A stretch of 64,000 nucleotides of DNA, from NCBI RefSeq assembly GCF_964204645.1, contig NC_134027.1, positions 3,442,485 to 3,506,484 of the forward strand, in the 5' to 3' direction. The notes below the pieces were generated by a model, which saw nothing but the letters and a program-made list of their open reading frames with translations, was not told the origin of the DNA and searched no databases. The position numbers and the translations under genes are program-made. The DNA is from Tubulanus polymorphus (lineage: Eukaryota; Animalia; Nemertea). Below, in pieces: positions 24,201-35,700 of the stretch. Position 1 is the stretch's first letter. Each line of letters opens with the position of its first letter.

Positions 24201-26846
24201 TGATGAGTCACTTCACGCATTTTTATTTGAAGTTTGTTTAGCTGATCCAGCAGTGAGACGAACTGTAAACTTGAGGGACGAAATTATGAGTGATTTTTAC
24301 AGGTGGGGCCCGACACATGGGTTGAAAATAAATAGTTAGCTAACTGTTTGCGTAACTGGGGCCACATAGGATAAGATACATTGAACGGTGAACTGAGTTT
24401 TTAAAATGTCAGTAGAGTGGTTGATGAATATACATGTTCTCATATTCAAATAGATGCACCTCGCTTCGATTTACTGATTTTAAGATTACTGAAAACCTTC
24501 CATTTATTTCTAAACCCACCACTCATGCTTTCAGTTATGAACAATATTAAGGGATTTTTACATCGCAGGTGAATGATGATACAAGATCGAGGCACTGATG
24601 GAATTCCCGGGGCTCGAAACGTCCATCTATCTCTGATAAAAGTGTTGGCCAGATGAAGCTTGTTTTTGAGTCGGGCATCAAGTGTTTTAGCGTGTATAAT
24701 GTTGTTTACCCAAAGACGACATCATGGCCGGCATGTGTATCAGACGTTTTGAGTCATTCTGTTCAGAAATAACTCAGCCACTTGAGTCAGTTGCTCGCAC
24801 GTGTTACTTGTATCTGGTATACATTAATGTGTTTGCCTCCTCTCATTCATCTTCTTTGTCTAAGGTGGCTTGTCTTCGAGTGTTTCTTTCTTCGAGTTTT
24901 GAAAATCAAAGAAATCACTGATTTTGCCACGCACATTTTTTTTCGTCGAGAATATTTATCTGGAATGCCGCACTAAATCCAAGTAGTTTGCAAACTAGGA
25001 TGTAGTTTTTTATTACCTGTCTCTGGCACACTTGTTAAGAACGAACGACCTGGTTTTTTTTTACTTTGGCGTTAATCCAATATCTGAATGGATAAAAACT
25101 CCAGATCCGGCCTAAACCACCTGCGTGAAAAGTTATGGCTAAATCCCTTCTATTCCTTTTTAAAATCTGCAACTTTTGTCAAATTCGTTGGTGAATAGTG
25201 TTTTTGTAACGGTGAGTAGCTGACTCCGTATGCGCACGATTTGAAGATGTTTTGAAGGTGGAATTAGAAAAATATGGATAAAATGAAGACGTATTTGGTG
25301 AAAAAACAAAGGAAATATTTTTGAACAGTTGCTAAGGTAAGCATTTCACCCAAGGTAGAATGGATTATGCAACGTTAACAAAATAATCATGGAAGGAATC
25401 GACGAACTTTATCGGAAGCTGTGAAAACATGTGATTTAAAAATTAGCGTGTTGAATGTAAACAAGATAATTTAAATCCAGACTCGACATTAAGTGATAAC
25501 ACGTTTGGACATCTATGATAGAAATATTAATCTGAAGTAGAAATGGTTGATAGTATGGCGCACAGAGAGTTTGCGCTGAGATTATGCCGAAAACCTCAAA
25601 GCACCGCAAACGTTTCTTTAATCTATAATATACTTGAGATTAACTTGAGTGGACCAAATTCAATGAACATGCTTTGTATGAATTTTACAGCGCTAACCGA
25701 CAGTGGTGCGTGGATAAGCTACTGAAGTTTTGGCAACTTGATAAAGAGAAATGCGCAGTATCAACAGTAATCCATTAGACGATATTTCACTTTAGGGAAC
25801 GCATTCGCCTTTTCCCTAGGTTTTCTTATCAATCACTTATCATAGAAAATTCGGATTACATTTGCATTACTTTTCAAATATTTTTTGTTCCATATTTCTG
25901 GAGCAAACGGTTATTTTTAATAAAATGATGAGCTGTAAGACGATTTTCTTTGTTTTGGCAAGCAGACAGTGTTCTCCGTCAATCAGTTTGTAACATGATA
26001 GTACTATCTTACTTTCCAGGCATCTGGAACTCTGTAGCATGGCAACTTGCCAAACATTCTGCAACTGCACAAAGAAACCAGTTGCGCCAACAGCATCAGT
26101 AATAATGACGTCATCGAGATTATGGAATATAGACGCCGCTCACGTAACTTCAATCGATTTTAGATTAAAATATTCATTAATAGTAAGATCTAACAAATAG
26201 TAATATATACGTTTTCTGTTCTATGAAATATGGAGATTTCCACTTAGAAGGAAATGCCACGTTGTTTTTGTTTTGATGATTTCGCAAATAAAGAATTCCC
26301 GGTGGTTTCAGACGCAATTTCCGCGCGGTGAACCATAAAACACCGCAGTGGATTACCATTGTGTCTTTATCTGACGCGTTACTTATCATGAAATGTTCAA
26401 ATAATTAAAAAACTGATTATGCAATCTCTTTTACTTCCTTTGATATATCACTCTCTAGAGGTATTCCATATTTCACGAATCTTGTTAGTTTATAACACTC
26501 ACGGATTGTAAAACGTTTCAGAGTCCATGATAGGAAAATCAAAAAGCGATCATTCAACATTTGGTTCTATTCACTTTGAAAACAGATAATCACATTCAAA
26601 GATGTTAAACCAAAAACATTTTCAAAACAAATGATTTTAAACCAGATTCATATTGAAAACAAATACCTCGATACTTTGCTTAGAAACTATCACTGAAATA
26701 GAGATCATATATATTCACAAATATTGCAAATTTTGTAGGATGATCTTACCTTTGATAATATCATACGTTTCGAATCCATGTTCGCCGTCTGAAGATATTG
26801 AGTCTGATTTATATCTTCTGTTTGTCAATAAAAACGCACGAGGCAT
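21249..26846 (-). CDS. scrt: Scratch-family (Snail superfamily) C2H2 zinc-finger repressor with N-terminal SNAG-like motif; two coding exons, about 386 aa
   Basis: Exon 1 at 26750-26846 encodes [16 protein letters not shown] followed by a gtaag donor (phase 1). Exon 2 at 21249-22312 follows ctatttag and is in frame with ORF 21249..22085. Five zinc fingers include the Scratch signature [34 protein letters not shown], plus [20 protein letters not shown] and [13 protein letters not shown]. Confidence 0.95.
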
Positions 26847-28220
26847 GGCGGTAAGTTCACGCGAAAACTATCAACTACAGACTGAGTTCATCTGGTTTGA
26901 GTTGTGAGTCAAAATTACTCAAAACTTATCTCAACAAGTGTCCCGCGCCGCCCGCTCCTCCTATCCGTACGCGCCAGTCACGTGACCGAATCCCAGCTTC
27001 CTGAGTGGATACAGCCAACACGTGCGGACTTTGCGATAACCGCCCAACAGTGGAAGCGCGTATATTTTGATAACCACCAGGGTCTAAAAACAATTTTCAG
27101 ATGGTCATATTTATCCGGTGAAGAGGTATCGAGACGAATTGCGAGTTAAATCCTTAGATTGGGTAATTCACGTCGAGTTGTATATGTAGGTAACCGTTTG
27201 AAAAGTGGTCCTCAGTCATCTTTCCGATTTATTCAGATAGTAAACAGATGTGGGTGTCAATCCGAGTGAGAGGACTCAGAATTTGTTGATTTAAAACAGA
27301 CGATGAGATTCTACCGGATAAAAATAACCCTGAAGTAAGAGGTAGACAAAGGGATCTGGTTTGAAATATTGATAGCTGTTTCATCATCGGCATTTGACGA
27401 TACATTTTCAACCGGGGTCGTTGTGATATAGACCCTTCATGAATTCGAGTTGACAGCTTAACAAACGAAAACAAAATGAAACAAATAGTATATTTGACAA
27501 CATTTACTTATAGAATTATAATTCTAAATTCGTATTCACGTTTCCCCTGTATTCAAAAAAAGTTCTCCTGAAAGTGAAAAATGTGTAACACCTCCGTCTT
27601 TTTTATTTCGAGATTCTAATTCTTATTGAAAAAAAAAACTACGCAGATTGAACAGTTTTATCTACTATCATCGGTGTACGCGGTTTTATTGTATTTTTCT
27701 TAGAAATCATAACAGCACCAGCCCTGCGTTCCCCTCAAAAATATGATAAGAAGGCACGTGGCGAGCATCATTAACATACTACTACATCAGCTGAAATTGG
27801 AACCATCTTGAGAGTTTATCCGTCATTTAGATTTTTTAAATGAATACCCGTGTTTACTGTAAAACATATTCGACACGCGAGAAACCGCGGGTAGACGGTC
27901 GTATATATACTTGATGATGTGGGTTACTTGTGATTATATCTGCAGGAATTCTGTTGATTTGGGCGGTTTTTATATGCGTCGTCCATATTACGTTACCGGC
28001 GTTATATTATTTAAGGTGCGTTTTCAACCCCCGGAAAAAAAAGATGAACCGCAAGTTTAGTCACGACACTCCTCGGCGCAGTCACGAGCGTGCGTCCTCG
28101 CCAGGCAGGTCACTAGTCCAACAAATTTTCCATTCGACAGTAATCGTAATCTGACCCAAGCAATCAAATGGGTCATAATTTAGATATATTCGTTTCTTTC
28201 TAGAAATGCGATCATAAAAT

Positions 28221-28330
28221 CAGGGGCCGGTTGCCGAAAATTTGGTTAAAGATAATTTGCAGAAAAATACCATAGTAACAATGAATATCTTGTCATTGTG
28301 TTAACTCAACTTTTGAGCAACCGACCCCTG
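28221..28330. mobile_element. 110-bp MITE with CAGGGGCCGGTTGC TIR
   Basis: caggggccggttgc ... gcaaccgacccctg inverted termini. Confidence 0.75.
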
Positions 28331-28764
28331 ATTGTCAAGTGTTCGAATGACGCAACTTTTACATCACTCGAGGTGTGAGTCTATGCATGCGTTCCCCGAG
28401 TACAATCGATATTGTATTCATAACACTTATCGTTGTTGGACATAAACAGTGAGACTGTTTTTTCAAGCGGTATTAGATTACTCTCTATCGACCCGCTGTT
28501 TTTACGTAAATCCCGACCCATTTGTTACCCGTGTTATAAAAACAATCAGTCAGTTGAGATTCTTCTGGTCAAGATAAGTTACCCAGCAACTTCTATCCTT
28601 CAAGTAACCGCCTGGGTCGTTGGTACAGAGACACGTTGCGTCGTCATTTTGTGAAAATCTTAAAAAGGACAGTTTACTTGATGATATGCATAAACCAAAA
28701 AACTGGAAAAGTTATGTTTGATAGAATTTATTTAGGTAAAATTGAAAGTATATCATTCATTGTT

Positions 28765-31116
28765 TCACTGTTTTGTACATGTCGACTTCTCCGCATAAAA
28801 TAACCCCCATCTTTGATTTCCGTTGTCACTGGCTCTTGTGATTTTCTCTTTCCATCCGTCGACAATATACAAATAATCAGACTCGCTAAATTCCTACAAT
28901 TTAGAAGAAGACGCTTTCTGAACATCCACCGCCAGCCAAAAAGACAACACCAGCTTCACGTGTTTTTATACGTACTTTTATGAATTCGTCTTTGATATTT
29001 TCAGTTTTAGCAACTTCATTTTTCAAAACATCCACAAACATCTGAGTTCTGTCTTCGGCCTTTACATTGACGAAACCGACTTCTTCTAAAACCTGGTACA
29101 ATTATGGCCACATTAATAAGAGTGAATTTCTGAAGACAATCAGTAGCTTGGATTATCTACGTACCTTTCCGTAAGCAGCTGGAGAAAGTAGTGTATAACC
29201 TCTCTGTTTCACATATTTTTGAAATTGTTCAGAATGCGTCCCATCACTGCAGCAATAATCTGTGATCAACAGTTTTCCTCCTGGCTTCAGCCATTTCTTG
29301 AAATAAGAACATTGGATTGAAAAAATTAACTCAATCGCGATAACACAACTATGAGAATAATGGCAGTTTAAGGTATCGAGGCTCGTACCAAAAATGATGA
29401 AAACAAGGCGTGTTTATCTGGAATGTGTAGAATTGTATCACGGCTGTAAATCACATCAAATTCATTTTCTGGATATTGAACTTTAGTTGCATCGACCACT
29501 TCAAATAACACCTAATGAAATAAAAACCGCACATGAGCACTCAAGTTCATGGGGGAATAAAACAGAGTTTCATATCTTCAATATGAATATATACCTTCGT
29601 GTTTTCTGCTCTCTCTTCGTTTACTCTTTCGATACCGATGCTTATCATATTCCCTGATAAGTCAATACCTAAAACTTCGCAATCATAGTCCTAAAAACAT
29701 TGAAATTATCGTGAAAATCGTGAAGAAAATACTAAATCGTGTTGCAGACTGGAGAATAATGCAAACTTACGTCTACCATTAGAAAGGCACTACCTCCTAT
29801 ACCAACTCCAACATCTAATACTTTTTGACCTGGTTGCAGATTTAACATGGGCAAAAATTCCTATATAAACCAGAAAGAAAATAAATAAATCGTAGTGTTC
29901 CCTGAATAAAGACTACCTTTATAGGCGTTACCTTTGTGGTTTCGATTCCTCCAGTACTGACAAAATGGTGACCGAATATCTTCTCATATCGAAGTATACC
30001 CTGTCTTGTGTATTGTTGACCATCTAAAAATTCCATAAATGTTTTATATCCATGATAGTCATCTGCCAATCTAACTTTCTTCGCTAGGAAACATATTTGG
30101 TTCAATGTTCTTTCATGCTAGAAATAGGATCGTTTACATATTATGAGGCTTCATGATTATAACAAAAAGATAATCCCAGTAGATTTTTTACCTTCACGTA
30201 GGTTTGTAGAGATCTTGCGAAAACCAATTCGAAACCGTAGTTACATCCGGTTTCAGTTTTGATACTGCATGATTGTAGAAGAGCGCAGTACGAAGCCAAA
30301 TCTCTGTATATCGTTGGGTCACCCGTCACATGAACTCGTTTACCTAGACAAGGAATAACGGAATATGATCTATTCATTTGGCTATTTTTTTCTCAACATA
30401 TTTCTCAACAGAACGGTTTCTCTTACCAGCATTAAAACACGGTTCATGGAAAAAGAAATGACTTCCCTCTTTCAATGACCCAAGCAACGTGGACATCAAA
30501 GTTCTGCATTGTTCGTCTGTGAGAAACGCTAGCATAACATTTGAAAATGCAAGGTCGTACCTTTTTAAGTGAAAGTAGAAAAAAGAATTATATATCCATT
30601 GAAAATGTATATTAACAAATATTAGGATTTGACACAGCATTTGAAAAGTGCTTACTTATCTTGTTCCTTGGGCAGCTCGAGGACGTTTGACTCCACGAAC
30701 GTTATATTTGATTTTGTACCATTACGCGCTTTATTTGCCGTTATAAATTCCGGTAGGAAGTCGACGGCAGTCAGAGACTGCGCCTTTTCTGATAGAACCC
30801 CAGTAAATCGACTGAAAAAAATCATTTATTAATGTAAATGACCTAAAATACATTCTAATGTAATCATTCATTATTCATATACGTCTAAGTTTGATTGGCA
30901 AAAAACATCATCGTGCAATTACTGAGCACCTAATGGAACTTACCCAGCACCGCTGCCAAGTTCTAGCACATTTTTGTCATTGAAATCAGGTAACAAACCC
31001 AGGACCTCTGCAACCTCTTCGTTGCTTATCTGTTCACCATTATCTCCGAGTAATACCTGCTTCACGTTGCCATTCTTTACCAAAGATGTGAAAAAATCTC
31101 TTGCAGTGTCCGACAT
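28765..31116 (-). CDS. PMT: Bipartite phosphoethanolamine N-methyltransferase (PMT/PEAMT), multi-exon
   Basis: ATG at 31116 ([18 protein letters not shown]|RFTG). The C-terminal domain has [51 protein letters not shown] and [13 protein letters not shown]. The last exon (28765-28893) encodes [22 protein letters not shown]..stop. Confidence 0.93.
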
Positions 31117-31228
31117 GGCAGCAGCAATAGCAGACAGATGTCACCCGTGAACTAGCACTGACAGCAGTTCATAATTAAAACATGGGACAAGGTTCATAGC
31201 GTAGGTCTACTGTGTATGAACGTTGTAC

Positions 31229-31265
31229 CATGGACTCTATACTGTAATTTGCTGTGTAGTCCATG
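31229..31265. mobile_element. 37-bp minimal TIR element (CATGGACT..AGTCCATG) with a 7-bp direct flank GTTGTAC
   Basis: gttgtac|catggact-ctatactgtaatttgctgtgt-agtccatg|gttgtac. Confidence 0.7.
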
Positions 31266-31642
31266 GTTGTACCGAAGGTATATGAATTCAACAGTACACA
31301 TGCGAACCGACTGATTCTTTTCAAAGAAATATATTTCTTGTCTGTTAATCGGTGGTGGCTTTCGCATAAATCTACTGGGTAGAGTAGTCTTAGAACATCG
31401 GCTAGAGAACTCGGTTCAACGTAAATCCAAGCCTTGACAAAAAACTAAAAAAAACTGATGCCCTAATCTTCATCCTCATGAATAATTCCAGACGGCTCCA
31501 TATGCCGTAAGTCCGTTCTTGGTCGATTTGTCTTGTTTTTAAAAGCAAGTTGTTTATATCGGGGAACCAGGGACTGGGATAATAGCTACTTATTGAAATA
31601 AATTCCATGTGTTTCTAAATGCATGACGAATCAAAACTCGCA

Positions 31643-31657
31643 GACGCCATCTACCGG
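31643..31657. promoter_or_regulatory. CTCF-like motif between PMT and SLC18B1
   Basis: gacgccatctaccgg resembles the CTCF core GCGCCMYCTAGYGG. Confidence 0.4.
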
Positions 31658-32783
31658 ATATATTGCCTTCCTCGTATTCATTCCATACACAATAATATAA
31701 CAAACAATTCATATATAAAAATATCGCGTTTATTTACATATTTATTGTTATTGACAACTGACATAATTTTCAGATGATTATTAGTATTTTGGTGTCGACT
31801 TGTATACGTTATGATTGTATTCCAAAAATTAATTTTCATTATGCCACCAAACATGCTACGAAATATATTATAATAATGTACGTGTTTATATATCATGGTT
31901 TTATTTCAAGACCGAGTGTTGAAAAATAGAAAACATTTTCGACGGATGAGATGAATTTCATAACCCGTTAAAATGCGTCACTACCGACACCGAAAATACA
32001 CTAATAACGACTGTACCTCGCGGGACTGACTGAAAATCCACACGACTTTCACAGGCGAACATCGGTCTCATAAGAGACGTCATTAGCACAGACAGGAAGG
32101 CACGGCACCTCCCTGGCACAGGTCAATATCAACGACGTTCAATTTGAACCGAACGTCGGAATGAATTGTCCCGGTATCTGTGGTTGCGAGAATAACTCGA
32201 ATATTCTGTTCTAGTCTGTGCTCTGTTACCGCCATGTCGAAGCCGAAATGGACGTAGATCTCACGTCGAGGTATAACAACTTACCGCCATATTCCTATTA
32301 TTACGTATATTATATTACATATAGAGTTATTCTATAATCCACATCTATTTTTATGTGCACATGTATAAAATAATTCAAAATATTCCCAAAAAATGAACAT
32401 ATTAACATTTATTACAACAACAACAACATCTATCTCAACGTCAAATCTTTTTCGTAGATTTCGTTTTCACCAATGAAAATGACCGTTATATTGAAAATAC
32501 ATGTACGTATAGTCATGTATAAGCAATGATTTAGCGTGGTTTCTGTGCATGATTTCAAATGGACGAATCATTTTCAACGGCACCATTTACTTGCATAGTA
32601 AATTCCATTTTAGCAGATTGTATTTCTCCCGTGGTGGTGAAAACCGTTACTATAAAATATCATTTGTGACACAATGGTTAGTACATCTATATCAGAGAAT
32701 AATGGACAGGGAAAAATTGGTACAATTGTTTTTGTACAAACGATATTTATAACAGCAGTGAAAGAGAGAGAGAGATATAGTGT

Positions 32784-35700
32784 TCAAGGAATGGTAGCGG
32801 AAATATGATTGATAACTCCGTCGTTTCGTTTAGGTGCATTTCGGTTTTGTGTCTCGTCGTCTGCATAGTAAGTATCGTCGGTTCCGTCGCTGCGCGTATT
32901 GTTACGTTTTCTCAGCGGTGAATCGTCGCTGCTGTAGCCGTTGTTTTCGGTGCCGTACGTTTTCTGGTCGGACACGTTGCCGTCGAGAGCCGTATCGGAA
33001 CCGTTTATCGTGCGCTCCGCCGGTTTTCTCGGTTTCAGCCAACTTCCGGTGATTGTGTATATACCTCCGATTACGACACCCTGAAAAAGGTCGAAACATC
33101 GAGTTGGTTAAAATCAATTTTCTTCGCGAGAAAGAAACGTGCGAATAAATGAGCGAATATGAAATACGCTTACGATGAAAACGAAGACTCCACCAATGAT
33201 GGTAACTGCCGACTGGAAACCAACGCTATGCGAAATATACCCTCCAAAAAGTGGACCAATGAAGTACCTAAAACGAGCAGTTATTGATAATCAATGATAC
33301 AGTTTCAGTACCGATGAAACGACATCGACACCGTTATAATACATGTAATATCTTTCATTTGAATTACATGACACTTACCCAAACATGTCAGGGGCAAAAA
33401 ATGCAGCTGAAACTAGCGCATTTGTATTTATGTGTTCAGGGTAACCAACAACGAGCCTGAAAATATGGAAGAAATTCGATATATATCTAACTGTATGTTA
33501 CCTCAAACGTATGGTAGAGCTAAGAGCTAATCAGATGTAGTAATTATCATGAATTCCATGAAATCGGACACATATCATATTACTAATTGGACAGCCACAC
33601 GCACTAAGTCAGAGGGAGGTGCAGTTCCCATAATTGAAATAGCTGTTATATCTATTTGGTTATTACAATATCTTTCATTACCAACATAGCTTCAACATTA
33701 ACAAGTGTTTAATGGTTTCAGGTGAGAGAGCACTTACGTGGCATAAGCTAACATGTCAGCTGGGGTACCGATAGTCAAACCAACACAACCCAAACCAGCG
33801 ACAAACATTCCCAAAAATATCATCCATAGGTCATTCCTGAAATATACGATAAACAAATCACACCATTATTAATGTTTGTTAAAGAGTCAGTGATGTCAAT
33901 AACAATCTTCAAGAAAAACAGGTGAACTTACCCAGGTGTGACTCCAAATATTTGAGATTGACCAGTTAATACAATTCCAAGGGCGGAAAGGAATACACCA
34001 GTTATCATGAATGGTCGTCTTATACCCTAAATATAAACAGATATATGATCGATCAGACTCTTAATTACCAAAGGGATTATTCATTTTATATCATGCATAT
34101 TCTACATAAAATCACTTTCATATAATTCCACTCATAAATGCATAAATAAGAAGTATTTGGGTTGATTATGTGGCAATTATTTCATTTCAGGCAACCTATA
34201 TATGACCAGCTGTTGTAGGTGGTGACAATGAGTCAGAGCTTCGACAGTCACGCTTTCGATGATACATATTATTTGATACTACAGTAAACTCGATATACCA
34301 GCCCACTTTTACAGCCCCATTGAATATTCATAATGCTTACCGTTTTATCCAAAACAAATCCGAAAATGACTGATCCGATGGCATATGTCAATATTGATAC
34401 TAAATACACCAATCCAATCAAAGAGGCTTCTAACTTGAAATACTGAAAATAGTAAAGAATAGATATTGATACCACTTTTTTTTTTTTGATACATGGAATA
34501 TATTCAATCAGTGGCTAAGTTTTTAGATGGTTGAACCACATGCTATATTTAGTTTAAGACTAGGTTGATAAAGTTCATGAAGGATTATTGATCCATGATT
34601 TGTTTGTCCATGGTTGGATAAATACTTAGGTCTACATGTACATTTGTTGACAACGAATGTAATTTCAGACATGTTCAACTATTGTCTATTATTGAAAAGT
34701 CGTTGAATTTTCTATTGCGTTGTATATCATACAGTGAATATGCAACAAATATGGACAATATTTTTAACACATTTTACATAAAAGGGTTTCAGAAAAGAGA
34801 ATAGAATTAAAATTTAATGTGAAGCTTCTATGAAGCTGAAGCTGATTCGGGTTGTTTGTATTTACAAACTCGATGTTGGTTCTGCGAGCAACCATAGCAA
34901 CACATGCCTAGTCAAAATGGCAGCCATTGTTTCGTGAACTGCACGCACACTGTTCTGTGTATTCAGAAACACGTCTTACAGCTGTCACATTTTGCCCGAC
35001 TATTTCAACCTCATAGAACCACAAAAATATCAACTGTATACATATGAATTGTTCTATGCGCTTTACAGATTTGTAACCATTTTTGTTCGGGGTAAATTAC
35101 ATTGAACAGTACGGATTTTATTCTATTCTACATCAAACTATGAATGGATCAAATGTTGGAATTCATTATAATACATCGTTTGATGGTAGATGTCCCATGA
35201 GTCCTTTAAAGCACATACAAAAGTTTCATGTGGGGCAATTATACGACGTATAAAACCAATTTTATTATTCATCGCTGAATAGGAGCAAATTATAAAATAG
35301 CTTTTTTATGATTTTATGCGTCACACGTTCAAAATACAAAACGCAGTACACACTGTACTGAACTGAACAAAGTTCTGCACTCAGTCTTAAAACACAAGTC
35401 GTTTTTTTAAAAGACCATTGTGCACCGGAGAATGACGTAAGCGTTAGGTAGACATTTACCTTTTTTAAGAATAGAGCCAAAGTTGGTTCGGCAAATCCGA
35501 GTAGCACACCATGTAACATAATGACAACTGCTGCCATGAATATTGGACCGTGTCTGAAAAGACGTAGGTAGTCTCTGGGCGTCGTATGAGGTGCTTCCAC
35601 ATGGTCTACAAAATAGAGAGATATAACGATTAATTATTTGCAAATGAAAATTAATTGACAATATCAATAGACTTAAATATTCCTTTATTTACCTGTATTT

